Part shown: positions 7,238 through 17,108 of the stretch, in pieces
How the letters are laid out: each line of letters starts with the position of its first letter
Position numbering within the stretch: the first letter of the stretch is position 1
DNA from: Bacteroidota bacterium
Lineage (GTDB): Bacteria; Bacteroidota; Bacteroidia; J057
Assembly: GCA_038527485.1 (NCBI GenBank)
Contig: JBCBFT010000019.1
Location: 754 to 64,753, forward strand
DNA: 64,000 bases
Direction of reading: 5' to 3'
Program-made: the position numbers and the translations under genes
Notes under the pieces: generated by a model
The model's database searches: none
What the model was told of the DNA's origin: nothing
The model's input: only the letters and a program-made list of their open reading frames with translations

Positions 7238-9769
7238 ATGCAACACGTCAACATGTTCAAAACCTATCTACCCACTTTCTTCTCTAAACTTAAAGTGGGT
7301 CCAGGAAGCTGGGGCTTATCTTTGATGTTATGCTTTTTGCTCCCTTGGCAAGCGATGGCTCAAGAGTTTACACTCAGTGGGGTCGTTCGTGCCAAAGCAT
7401 CAGGCGAGACCATCATCGGAGCCTCCATAGTCCTTCCCAGCCTGAATCGAGGGACTTACACCAACACCTATGGCTTCTTCTCACTCAATGTACCTGCAGG
7501 GGATGACAGCGTAGAGGTTCGCATCACCTATGCGGGCTATCAGACGATCCTCCAAAAAATCCTCGTCAAAGGCGACATTCGTCTAGACATTGATCTGATC
7601 AATGCCACGTTGGATGAAGTGGTGATTGAAGCAGAATCATTCAAGGAACAACTCAACTCCACCCAGATGAGTGTGCAGAAGATCACCATAGAAGAAGCCA
7701 AGAAATTGCCAGCTCTCTTTGGAGAAGTAGACATCATCAAAACGCTTCAGTTGAAACCTGGGGTATCCTCAGGAAGTGAGGGAAGCAGTGGCATCTTTGT
7801 CCGAGGGGGAGGACCTGACCAGAACCTTGTATTGCTAGACAATACAGTGGTATACAACCCTTCTCACTTGTTTGGTTTCTTCAGTACCTTTAATTCGGAT
7901 GCTGTAAAAGATGTGAAAATCTATAAAGGAGGTTTTCCTGGGCAGTATGGAGGAAGGTTATCTTCTGTCATCGATGTGAAAATGAAAGAAGGGAATCAGC
8001 GAAAATTCAGTGGGGCAGGAGGCCTAGGCCTGATCGCTTCGCGTCTGACGCTGGAAGGGCCTATCGTAGAAGATAAGATCTCTTTTATCATCTCAGGACG
8101 ACGTACCTATGCCGACCTCATCACAAGTGCCATCAACGAGGCCAGTAGCGACAATCCCGACTTCAACCCCATTCCCGATTATTTCTTTTATGATCTCAAT
8201 GGGAAAATCAATTATCAGATCAGCGATAAGGACCAGCTCTATCTTTCGGGATATTTTGGAAGGGACCGTTTTCTTTTTGACAATGAGCCGATCAACTTCA
8301 ACTTCACTTGGGGCAATACCAACGGTGCGCTGCGCTGGAATCACTTCTTCAGTTCGCGCTTGTTTGTCAATACATCGATTAGTGTCACGGATTACGAGTA
8401 TGTGATCGCCAACCAGTTTGACCAGTTTGGCTTCGAATTAGGGTCTAAAATCACCGATCAATCCTTGCGCACAGACTTCACGTGGTTGCCACACCCTAAG
8501 CATACCGTACGTTTCGGTGCTTCGGCCATCAACCACCGATTCAATGTCGGACGCTTGGAGGCACAAGCCGATTCGAGTGATGTCTTCGACTTCCAGGCTG
8601 GGGATCTTTACTACGCGATGGAATACGGGGTCTATATCGGGGATGACATTGAAGTGAATGACAAGCTCAAAATCAATGTAGGACTGCGCGCCTCGGCTTT
8701 CCAGGACTTTTCCTTCTTGGTCAATGATCCCGACCCCCGTCCTGACAGTACCTACTATGCGAACATCGAGCCTCGTGCGTCAGCCAAATATAGCCTTTCA
8801 GAAAAAATCTCCCTCAAGGCCAGCTATGCTCGCATGGTCCAATACCTGCACCTTGTAGCCAGTACGGGAAGTACCCTGCCTACAGACGTGTGGTATCCCT
8901 CTACGAGTCGTGTCAAACCACAGATATCTGATCAGGTAGCTGCGGGGATTTCGATTGCGATTGGCGATCAGTTTTTGTTGACCAATGAAGTGTATTACAA
9001 ATGGTTCCAAAATCAGATCGACTTCAAGGGAGGAGCGAATCTCTTTGTCAATGATGATCTGGAGTCTGAGTTTGTCTTCGGTAGAGGATGGGCCTATGGA
9101 AATGAGTTTTATATCGAGAAAACCAAAGGGAAGCTCACAGGCTGGATAGGTTATACCTTGAGTTGGACGCTGCGCCAGTTTGCCGATACGATTCGTACTC
9201 CCGAAGGGCAGATCGAAAATGTCATCAACAATGGGGAGCCTTTTTTCGCGCGTAATGACAAGCGCCATGACATTTCGATTGTGGCCTTATATGAGCTTCC
9301 CAGAACATGGACAAACTTTTTGACGAATAAGGTCAAATTGGGTTTCAAGAAGCTCAAATCCATTAATGTCAGTGCTTCTTGGGAGTTTCGTTCAGGCAAT
9401 GCGTACACATTGGCACCTGGCTACTTGACGATGTTTGGTCCCAACCTCGCTTCTACTCTGTTTAACACAGGAGATGTGAGTGCCGACAATTTTGGCTTGG
9501 TCAATCTCGTCCCTCGCTTTGACGATCGAAACAATGTGCGGCTCCCGGACTATCACAAGTTGGACGTGGGGATTGTCATCGCTTATGACCACAAGTGGGG
9601 CGAGTCCGATATCACGATCAGCGCTTACAACGCTTACAGCCGCCGAAATGCTTACTTCGTTTACCTAGAGCCAAGAGAAAATGAGCAAGGGATCCCCATC
9701 GGACAGTCCGCTCAAAAGGTTTCTCTTTTCCCTATTCTTCCTTCCATCACATGGAACTTTAAGTTTTAA
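7238..9769 (+). CDS. TonB-dependent outer-membrane receptor with an N-terminal CarboxypepD_reg domain
   Basis: Signal peptide, then FTLSGVVRAKASGETIIGASIV..., a plug region (LFGEVDIIKTLQLKPGV...GIFVRGGGPDQNLVLLDN), a long barrel and a C-terminal ...ITWNFKF. Confidence 0.9.
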   Translation: MQHVNMFKTYLPTFFSKLKVGPGSWGLSLMLCFLLPWQAMAQEFTLSGVVRAKASGETIIGASIVLPSLNRGTYTNTYGFFSLNVPAGDDSVEVRITYAGYQTILQKILVKGDIRLDIDLINATLDEVVIEAESFKEQLNSTQMSVQKITIEEAKKLPALFGEVDIIKTLQLKPGVSSGSEGSSGIFVRGGGPDQNLVLLDNTVVYNPSHLFGFFSTFNSDAVKDVKIYKGGFPGQYGGRLSSVIDVKMKEGNQRKFSGAGGLGLIASRLTLEGPIVEDKISFIISGRRTYADLITSAINEASSDNPDFNPIPDYFFYDLNGKINYQISDKDQLYLSGYFGRDRFLFDNEPINFNFTWGNTNGALRWNHFFSSRLFVNTSISVTDYEYVIANQFDQFGFELGSKITDQSLRTDFTWLPHPKHTVRFGASAINHRFNVGRLEAQADSSDVFDFQAGDLYYAMEYGVYIGDDIEVNDKLKINVGLRASAFQDFSFLVNDPDPRPDSTYYANIEPRASAKYSLSEKISLKASYARMVQYLHLVASTGSTLPTDVWYPSTSRVKPQISDQVAAGISIAIGDQFLLTNEVYYKWFQNQIDFKGGANLFVNDDLESEFVFGRGWAYGNEFYIEKTKGKLTGWIGYTLSWTLRQFADTIRTPEGQIENVINNGEPFFARNDKRHDISIVALYELPRTWTNFLTNKVKLGFKKLKSINVSASWEFRSGNAYTLAPGYLTMFGPNLASTLFNTGDVSADNFGLVNLVPRFDDRNNVRLPDYHKLDVGIVIAYDHKWGESDITISAYNAYSRRNAYFVYLEPRENEQGIPIGQSAQKVSLFPILPSITWNFKF

Positions 9770-9809
9770 TCGCAAGCCTTTGCTAAACGAAATTTCAAAA
9801 TTGAACGCA

Positions 9810-10721
9810 ATGAAACCTTATATCTTATTGATTTTATTTGCTTCTCTATTCATGGGGGCATGCAACCTTCAGCAGGAGATCGATCTGGAACTCCCCGAAT
9901 ACGACGCAGAATATGTGGTAGAGTCCTATCTACAAGTAGGGCAGCCCTTCTTTTTGACACTCACAGAGAGCCAGCCTTACTTTGATGATGTGACCATCAG
10001 CTATCTCAAGGGAGCAGATGTGACTATCGAGCACAAAGGTGAAATCTTCACGTTGGCGGAGCAGACCTTTAGATTAGACGATCCCACACTCGGCGCAATT
10101 GGAGTAGATACAGGTACTTTGAATATACTCAGACCTATCTTGGGTGATACCGTTACATTTTATTTAAACATTAATCTAGTTCCTGAGTCTTACAACGAGG
10201 ACTTTGATTTGAATATCACTTTGCCCAACGGAGAGGCCCTTTCAGCGAAAACACAAATTTTGGAGCCTATTCCTTTTGACAGCCTCGTTTTCCAGCAAGC
10301 AGCGAATGATACCTTGTCTCTCCTGTTGTCTTTTTTTACAGATGATGGTTCACAAGCGAACTTTTATCGTCGTGTGTTGGAAGTAAGAGAGGATCAGGTG
10401 ATTTCAGGTTCTGGTGATGAAGAGGTTACCATGCGTGTCACTTCTGTCGAGCAGGATTTCATTGCAGACGACGTGGTATTTAATGGTCAGCCGTTTGCGT
10501 TTGGAACAGGTTTTGATTTTGCCATCGGAGATACGGTGATCAATACGCTGTATCACATGACATTTGATCATTATCGATTTGTGGAGACGAGAGATGCGGC
10601 GATCGCGGCGAGTTTGAGTCCCTTTGGGCAGCCCGCAGTCATTTACTCCAATATCAAAGGAGGTTTGGGCATCTTTGCGGGGATCAGTTTGGATAGGCAA
10701 GTGACCGTGCGTGAGGAATAA
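9810..10721 (+). CDS. DUF4249-family lipoprotein, the usual partner of this receptor class
   Basis: MKPYILLILFASLFMGAC is a lipobox. The following LELPEYDAEYVVESYLQVGQPFFLTLTES pattern is typical of DUF4249 proteins encoded directly after CarboxypepD_reg TonB receptors. Confidence 0.7.
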   Translation: MKPYILLILFASLFMGACNLQQEIDLELPEYDAEYVVESYLQVGQPFFLTLTESQPYFDDVTISYLKGADVTIEHKGEIFTLAEQTFRLDDPTLGAIGVDTGTLNILRPILGDTVTFYLNINLVPESYNEDFDLNITLPNGEALSAKTQILEPIPFDSLVFQQAANDTLSLLLSFFTDDGSQANFYRRVLEVREDQVISGSGDEEVTMRVTSVEQDFIADDVVFNGQPFAFGTGFDFAIGDTVINTLYHMTFDHYRFVETRDAAIAASLSPFGQPAVIYSNIKGGLGIFAGISLDRQVTVREE

Positions 10722-10809
10722 TAGCAATATATCAGAAAAATATGCTATTTGGGGTTGACATTGTAATACAAGAGTATTAATTTTTGTTCATATAAAGCCG
10801 TTTTCATTT

Positions 10810-11079
10810 ATGAGACAACTTTTGTGGGGCATGATACTGTTATTGGGAATCATGCTGGGATGTCAAAGTCAGGAGGAGAAGGAGTTAGAAACAGCTTTAT
10901 GTGGATGTGTACAGACGGAGTCGGGAAAATGGGACATGAGACTGACCCCTGAATGTATGCAGCTATGCGTGGAGACATTTGGCCCAGAACTCAAGGACAT
11001 GGAAACATGGTTTGAAGAACACTGTGGCAAGATAGAAATAGAGACGAAAGTCCAACCTGCACCAGAGGTTAAGATTTAA
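10810..11079 (+). CDS. Small Cys-rich lipoprotein, hypothetical
   Basis: MRQLLWGMILLLGIMLGCQ is a lipobox. The mature part has 6 Cys and a strong terminator follows. Confidence 0.55.
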   Translation: MRQLLWGMILLLGIMLGCQSQEEKELETALCGCVQTESGKWDMRLTPECMQLCVETFGPELKDMETWFEEHCGKIEIETKVQPAPEVKI

Positions 11080-11099
11080 TTATTTTCACTGGGATTTTT

Positions 11100-11131
11100 G
11101 GGGATAATCGTAAGGTTATCCCCTTTTTTTT
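11100..11131 (+). terminator. Rho-independent terminator
   Basis: GGGGATAA-tcgtaagg-TTATCCCC followed by T8. Confidence 0.85.
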
Positions 11132-11240
11132 CTCATAGAGTGAGCATAATGTGTCTTATCGCTTAGACCCTGTATGTAACGATGAACATCTAGTTCACCT
11201 TTTGAGATGATCATTTATAAAAAGTAGAAAGCCAACGATC

Positions 11241-12041
11241 ATGAGAATGACAATCCTCTTTCAAAAACCCTCTTTCGTTTTAGGCATAATCATCGCTTTC
11301 ATTGTCTTTGCCTATATAGGGATTGCAGGTTTTTATTGGCTTAGGGGTGATGAGATGCTAATACTCGATCCAACTACCCGACAGTGGACGCTTTACATAG
11401 GACTGACATTGTCCATATTATTCCTGATAGCCAGTATCTGGGACATACAAAAATTCAACAAACAACCTAAAGCGTACGACTTTCAAATTAACCCTGCTTT
11501 TAACGAGAAAGGGGTATTTTTTGCCATTTTGGGCTTTCTTCTCTTGGTGACCCAATTATTAGGGACGTTGAGGTCCTACTCATATGGTCCACAGGGTGAA
11601 GGAGTGCGAGAAGCAGGAGAATCTATGCTAAGCCCAGAAGGGATGATGAATGTGGAATACGATTTATTCCCTTCGACTTTTTGTGGATTTTTAGGAGTCG
11701 TCCTCCTATTCGGGGCATACCTCCCTTGGATCTGGCGAAATGTGAGAAAGCAGTTGCCCTCAATTGCAATAGACGAAGAACAGTTCGTGTATCATTACAC
11801 TATCAACCAACAATCTACGATCAGATTGAATGACATTTCTAACTTTGAATATAAGGGCAACCTCATTGATGGATTTCTGATTGTGCGCAGCCCAAATCAA
11901 AAAGTAGAGATTGATACAGCTCCCTTCCGTGTACAGGATCTTCAACATCTATTGGACCAATTACAAATACGAATCTCTCCCAATGCTTGGAATGTCCACA
12001 TTGAGGGGCCGCATGCGCAGTGGGAATCTGTCCCTGCCTAG
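11241..12041 (+). CDS. Polytopic membrane protein with a soluble C-terminal PH/GRAM-like domain, hypothetical
   Basis: About four hydrophobic helices, then IAIDEEQFVYHYTINQQSTIRLNDISNFEYKGNLIDGFLIV. No family was recognised with certainty. Confidence 0.5.
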   Translation: MRMTILFQKPSFVLGIIIAFIVFAYIGIAGFYWLRGDEMLILDPTTRQWTLYIGLTLSILFLIASIWDIQKFNKQPKAYDFQINPAFNEKGVFFAILGFLLLVTQLLGTLRSYSYGPQGEGVREAGESMLSPEGMMNVEYDLFPSTFCGFLGVVLLFGAYLPWIWRNVRKQLPSIAIDEEQFVYHYTINQQSTIRLNDISNFEYKGNLIDGFLIVRSPNQKVEIDTAPFRVQDLQHLLDQLQIRISPNAWNVHIEGPHAQWESVPA

Positions 12042-12168
12042 GAAAATTCCTGCAAACGCTTGTCTTTCATCTTCCTAGATTTGCTTCATATACTTCCTTT
12101 GGGATATATTGATTCTTGCGGGAATCTGAACATTCCCGCATGCATGAAAGACGAATACTACACTTGGG

Positions 12169-13554
12169 ATGAAGAATACACAGATTTTGGGTTGGTCGAT
12201 TACAGTGGCCTTGGCGGGTTTCCTGTTTGGATTTGATACAGTAGTCATATCTGGCGCGGATCAGCCTATTCAGGAACTCTGGGGGACGGAGGGTTTTACC
12301 CATACTTTTTTCATCATGTCGATGGCCTTATGGGGGACAGTCATCGGGGCCATCTTCGGAGGGATTCCCTGTGATGCCATAGGAAGAAAACGTACGTTAT
12401 TTTGGATTGGGATCTTATACTTTGCTTCGGCTATTGGATCGGCCATAGCTTGGGACCCTATCTCATTTTCCTTCTTCCGATTTATTGGAGGTCTAGGCGT
12501 AGGTGCTTCTTCGGTGGCGGCGCCTGTGTACATATCTGAAATCTCCTCCGCCAATAACCGAGGACGACTGGTCGCCCTCTATCAGTTCAACATCGTCTTT
12601 GGGATCTTCATCGCATTCTTTTCTAACTACTTCTTGGGAGAATTTATCGAGGAAAATGCGTGGAGGTATATGCTGGGAGTGGAGGCTTTGCCTGCCTTGA
12701 TCTATGTCGTGATGGTGCTCAATGTACCCAATAGCCCCCGCTGGTTAGCAGTTAAGAAAAAAGATGAGGCTGCCGCTCGAACGGTACTGGTAAAAATTTA
12801 TGAGCCTGAAGAGGTCGAAGTCCAACTTCGGGAAATCCAAGAGGCGGAAGCGAACACAACCAAAGTGTCCAACCGCACCCTTTTCTCTCGCAATTATTCT
12901 TTTCCTCTCATGCTCGCTTTTCTCCTGGCCTTCTTCAATCAGGCCTCAGGGATCAACTTTGTGTTGTATTTCGCGCCGCGATTGCTGGAGGCCGCAGGGA
13001 TCGGCAAGGAGGAGGTGCTCCTACAATCCACAAGTATAGGTGCCGTTAATTTGATCTTTACATTGCTGGGCATGTACTTGATCGACCGTATGGGGAGGCG
13101 TAGTTTGATGTACATCGGGTCTTTTGGCTATATCACGACACTGTCTATCATCGCTTGGGGATATGCCACAGGGCAGCCTTCTCTCCTGATTTTGTCTGGG
13201 ATTCTACTATTCATCGCTTCCCATGCTGTCGGGCAAGGCGCTGTGATTTGGGTATTCATCTCTGAAATTTTTCCCAATGAAGTACGTGCCAATGGACAGG
13301 CCTTTGGATCGGGTACTCACTGGGTGTTTGCCGCATTGATCACCTTGATTTCCCTCCCCGTCATCACATGGGTTGGACAACTTACAGGAGATGGTGACAA
13401 ACCCTGGCCCATCTTTGCTTTTTTCGCTGCCATGATGGTGCTGCAATTATTGTTTGTCATTTTCCTCATGCCTGAAACCAAGGGCAAGAGTTTGGAGGAG
13501 TTGGATGAATTATTAGGGCATAGGAAAAATACTCAAGCTGAGATCAAAGGATAG
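12169..13554 (+). CDS. MFS sugar porter (sugar:H+ symporter family)
   Basis: GRKRTLFW, PNSPRWL (the PESPRWL motif), PETKGKSLEELD and 12 TM segments. Confidence 0.9.
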   Translation: MKNTQILGWSITVALAGFLFGFDTVVISGADQPIQELWGTEGFTHTFFIMSMALWGTVIGAIFGGIPCDAIGRKRTLFWIGILYFASAIGSAIAWDPISFSFFRFIGGLGVGASSVAAPVYISEISSANNRGRLVALYQFNIVFGIFIAFFSNYFLGEFIEENAWRYMLGVEALPALIYVVMVLNVPNSPRWLAVKKKDEAAARTVLVKIYEPEEVEVQLREIQEAEANTTKVSNRTLFSRNYSFPLMLAFLLAFFNQASGINFVLYFAPRLLEAAGIGKEEVLLQSTSIGAVNLIFTLLGMYLIDRMGRRSLMYIGSFGYITTLSIIAWGYATGQPSLLILSGILLFIASHAVGQGAVIWVFISEIFPNEVRANGQAFGSGTHWVFAALITLISLPVITWVGQLTGDGDKPWPIFAFFAAMMVLQLLFVIFLMPETKGKSLEELDELLGHRKNTQAEIKG

Positions 13555-13612
13555 TCGTGTTTATTCATTCTACATTTTCTTCTAAAACTTCAAGAATTAT
13601 CTATTTCTGTAT

Positions 13613-15229
13613 ATGAAGTATGTGCTACTTGTCGGCCTATCGGGTCTCCTTTTCCTATTGAGTTGTCATTCTCCTCAAGCTGTGCAGAATCAAGGAGTTT
13701 CCATTTCCCCTGTCAACGATTACCTGGAACCTCACCGTCCACAATTTCATTTTTCTCCTGACAGCATGTGGATGAATGATCCCAATGGCATGGTGTATTA
13801 TGCGGGTGAGTACCATTTGTTTTATCAATTCTATCCTGATAGCACGGTGTGGGGTCCGATGCATTGGGGGCATGCCGTGAGTGAGGACTTGGTACATTGG
13901 GAGCACCTGCCGATTGCGTTGTATCCAGACTCTATCGGATTGATTTTTTCAGGCTCCGCTGTAGTCGATTGGGACAATACGTCGGGTTTCCAGCAAGGAG
14001 AAGATCCCCCAATGGTCGCGATTTTTACCTATCACAACATGGAAGGTGAGCGCACAGAGCAAAATGACTTCCAGACGCAAGGCATCGCCTACAGCAATGA
14101 CAAGGGGCGTACATGGACCAAGTATGAAGGCAATCCCGTCATTCCCAATCCAGGGATACGTGATTTTCGAGATCCCAAAGTCTTTTGGCATGGGGGGATT
14201 CAGCGCTGGGTCATGATCTTTGCGAGCGGGGACAGGGTACGTCTGTATCATTCACCTGATCTCAAAGCTTGGGTAGAAGTCAGTGAGTTTGGGGCGATGG
14301 AAGGCGGTCATGGAGGGGTTTGGGAATGTCCAGATCTATTTCCCCTATATGTAAATGGAGATTCTACACGCGTCAAATGGGTCATGCTCGTCAGTCTAGG
14401 AAGTGGAGGTCCCAATGAAGGATCAGGAACGCAGTATTTTGTGGGAGATTTTGATGGAATAAATTTCAAGAATGATCACCCAGCAGAAGATGTCCTTTGG
14501 TTGGATTATGGAAAAGATAACTATGCAGGGGTGACCTACTCGGATATTCTAAAAGAAGACAATCGAAGGATATTCATGGGGTGGATGTCCAATTGGCAAT
14601 ATGCAACATTGGTACCGACGCACCCTTGGCGCAGTGCGATGACCGTGCCCCGGACGTTGGAACTGAAGGAAACCTCCGAAGGGCTTCGCTTATTTACCAG
14701 ACCTGTCGATGAGTTAGGATCTCTAAGAGGTCCTGCAAAGGAATTTGCTGCTGATGAGGTGACAGACCGATTGGATCTTACCTCACAGGTAGGCTCACCG
14801 CAGACGTCAGAGCTTATCCTCACGATGGAATGGGAGGACGGGCACGAAGGAAAGATAGGGTTGACACTGGCAAATGGTCTCAATGAGCATCTAGACATCG
14901 GGTACGATATAGCCAAGCAGCAGTTGTTCATCAATCGAATAGAGGCGGGGAAAAAAGACTTTTCGAATCAGTTCGCAGGGATGCATGTAGCTCCTTTGGT
15001 TTTGGAAAATGAGTTGGCGTTGCGGATTTTCATAGATTGGTCATCAGTAGAGGTATTTGCGGAGGAAGGAAAAGTAGTGATGACAGAAACCGTTTTCCCG
15101 AATGAGAACTTTTCATCCATTGCTGTCTTTTCGGAGGGAGGGATACTGTCGGGAATAAAGGGACGGGCGTATGGCTTGAAGCGGATTTGGGGAGGTGCTA
15201 CTATGAATGAAGGAGGGGAATCCGAATAA
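13613..15229 (+). CDS. Glycoside hydrolase family 32 beta-fructofuranosidase (invertase/levanase-like), lipoprotein
   Basis: LLSC lipobox, then WMNDPNGMVYYAGEYHLFYQ (the nucleophile NDPNG block), RDPKVFW and WECPD. Confidence 0.9.
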   Translation: MKYVLLVGLSGLLFLLSCHSPQAVQNQGVSISPVNDYLEPHRPQFHFSPDSMWMNDPNGMVYYAGEYHLFYQFYPDSTVWGPMHWGHAVSEDLVHWEHLPIALYPDSIGLIFSGSAVVDWDNTSGFQQGEDPPMVAIFTYHNMEGERTEQNDFQTQGIAYSNDKGRTWTKYEGNPVIPNPGIRDFRDPKVFWHGGIQRWVMIFASGDRVRLYHSPDLKAWVEVSEFGAMEGGHGGVWECPDLFPLYVNGDSTRVKWVMLVSLGSGGPNEGSGTQYFVGDFDGINFKNDHPAEDVLWLDYGKDNYAGVTYSDILKEDNRRIFMGWMSNWQYATLVPTHPWRSAMTVPRTLELKETSEGLRLFTRPVDELGSLRGPAKEFAADEVTDRLDLTSQVGSPQTSELILTMEWEDGHEGKIGLTLANGLNEHLDIGYDIAKQQLFINRIEAGKKDFSNQFAGMHVAPLVLENELALRIFIDWSSVEVFAEEGKVVMTETVFPNENFSSIAVFSEGGILSGIKGRAYGLKRIWGGATMNEGGESE

Positions 15230-15317
15230 GCACTCTGCCATCAGGGAAAGCTTCAGGTAGCTACTATGAAGACTCAATCAAAAGATTAGCAGATAGAGGT
15301 TTTATGACTAGTAGCCT

Positions 15318-15704
15318 ATGCAGACATTCATACACTACTTTTTGCATATAGGGTTTCCCTTCTTTATTGCCTACGGTTTTTTCAGAAAAGACTGGAAGAA
15401 AGTCTATTTGATCCTCCTCGCGACTATGTTGGTTGACTTGGACCACTTACTAGCAGACCCCATTTTTCAGGCCAATAGATGTAGCATCCATTTTCATCCG
15501 CTCCATACCTACTATGCCATGGGGGTGTATGTGGTGCTGTTATTTTTTCGTAAGCCTTTCAACATCATAGGGATAGGACTACTGTTACATATGCTGACCG
15601 ACTTCAACGACTGCATGATCATGTATTCAAACTGTAGAGACTGTTTGTCTGATTCTCCTGCGATAGAACTTTTGAAAACGACCGCAGAAGTGTTGGGAAT
15701 TTAA
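15318..15704 (+). CDS. Small membrane protein, His/Asp-rich (DUF6122/YdjM-like?)
   Basis: Four hydrophobic segments with LVDLDHLLADP and HFHPLH motifs. The family assignment is tentative. Confidence 0.5.
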   Translation: MQTFIHYFLHIGFPFFIAYGFFRKDWKKVYLILLATMLVDLDHLLADPIFQANRCSIHFHPLHTYYAMGVYVVLLFFRKPFNIIGIGLLLHMLTDFNDCMIMYSNCRDCLSDSPAIELLKTTAEVLGI

Positions 15705-15854
15705 ATTCTATCCAAAAGAAGATAAAGGCCCTTGCTCCTTTCCTCCCAATCCACGCAAAAGGCTTTTTACTCAGGCAAGTCCTCACATCAAGATTATTCC
15801 ATAGCTTTGTAAAAAGCGGCCCGTCCGCTCAACTTTCAAAGAAACCGCACCTTC

Positions 15855-16868
15855 ATGCCCAAAAGAAGAATATTTGGTAACAGACAACCCAATGCCTCAA
15901 GTACCAATGGGTCTGAGACAGACGAGAAGAACCGAGACTTGGGGTTTGGCACCAGTATATCTGCCAAAAATCGACGCCTGATCAACCAAGATGGCTCTTT
16001 TAATATCCGTAGAGTCGGCCAGCGGATACAGGATATCCATCCTTTCCAGTTCTTGGTGACGATCTCCTGGTGGGAATTTGCGCTCTGTGTGTTGATAGCC
16101 TATCTGCTGTTCAATACAGTCTTTGCTTTTCTGTATCTCATGGCTGGGGTTGAGCAATTATCTGGTGGAGAGGATTTGATCACATGGTTAGATCGATTCA
16201 TGTACGCTTTTTTCTTCTCTGTGCAGACGTTTACCACCGTCGGATATGGCACGGTGAGTCCAGTGGGACTTTCTGTAAATATTATTGCTGCATTTGAGGC
16301 GATGACGGGCTTGCTAGGTTTTGCGGTAGCGACGGGCGTGCTAATGGGACGTTTTTCGCAGCCCTCTGCTAAGATTGGTTTTTCCGATCAGATCCTCATT
16401 GCTCCGTATTCACATGCCGAAGAAGGGGCGATCAACAGTCTTCAGTTTCGCATTGTCAACAGACGCATCAACCAACTGATCGATCTAGAGGTGATGGTGG
16501 TCATGAGATACTACAACAAGGTCAATGGAAAAGAGAAACAGGATTTTCGTCAGCTCAACTTAGAGCGTGACAAGGTCAAATTATTTCCCCTCACCTGGAC
16601 CATCGTTCACCCCATCACTCAAGACAGCCCCTTGCACGGATGCACATCAGAAGAATTGGCTTACAAGCACACCGAGTTTCTCATCACCCTCAAAGGTTAT
16701 GATGAGACCTTTGCTCAGCACGTACACGCCCGCATGTCCTACCGATACGATGAGATGATTTGGGGGGCCAAATTTGTCAAAGTATTTCACGAGATGGAAG
16801 AAGGACCGATTGAGTTGCAGGTGGATAAGGTGAGTTTGTGTGAGAAGGCGGAGCTCAATGCGTATTAA
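15855..16868 (+). CDS. Inward-rectifier-type potassium channel (KirBac family)
   Basis: Two TM segments flank a pore loop with the selectivity filter TTVGYG (FFFSVQTFTTVGYGTVSP). A C-terminal cytoplasmic beta-rich domain of about 150 aa follows, as in Kir/KirBac channels. Confidence 0.8.
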   Translation: MPKRRIFGNRQPNASSTNGSETDEKNRDLGFGTSISAKNRRLINQDGSFNIRRVGQRIQDIHPFQFLVTISWWEFALCVLIAYLLFNTVFAFLYLMAGVEQLSGGEDLITWLDRFMYAFFFSVQTFTTVGYGTVSPVGLSVNIIAAFEAMTGLLGFAVATGVLMGRFSQPSAKIGFSDQILIAPYSHAEEGAINSLQFRIVNRRINQLIDLEVMVVMRYYNKVNGKEKQDFRQLNLERDKVKLFPLTWTIVHPITQDSPLHGCTSEELAYKHTEFLITLKGYDETFAQHVHARMSYRYDEMIWGAKFVKVFHEMEEGPIELQVDKVSLCEKAELNAY

Positions 16869-16881
16869 TTGCTTCCAGCAA

Positions 16882-16921
16882 CCTATTGCCCCTCGCTCCC
16901 GTTGGTGCTCCTTTACCAGCC
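16882..16921. repeat. Copy 1 of a ~40-nt intergenic direct repeat
   Basis: CCTATTGCCCCTCGCTCCCGTTGGTGCTCCTTTACCAGCC. The core CGCTCCCGTTRGTGCTCCT is shared with copy 2, which lies 154 nt downstream. Confidence 0.7.
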
Positions 16922-17036
16922 TAGCTGTGTCTCGCTTGCTTAGTCGGGAGACTAATAGCTTGTAGAGCTACTTAGTTGGATGACCACGCAGAGCGCTTTG
17001 TTTCACTTTTGTACATCGTGTTTCACTGTTGGAGTT

Positions 17037-17073
17037 CCTACTAACCCCGCTCCCGTTAGTGCTCCTAGCAGCC
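17037..17073. repeat. Copy 2 of the ~40-nt intergenic direct repeat
   Basis: CCTACTAACCCCGCTCCCGTTAGTGCTCCTAGCAGCC. Confidence 0.7.
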
Positions 17074-17108
17074 CTTTTGCACTTTCCGCAATATTCCCCA
17101 CCACCATC

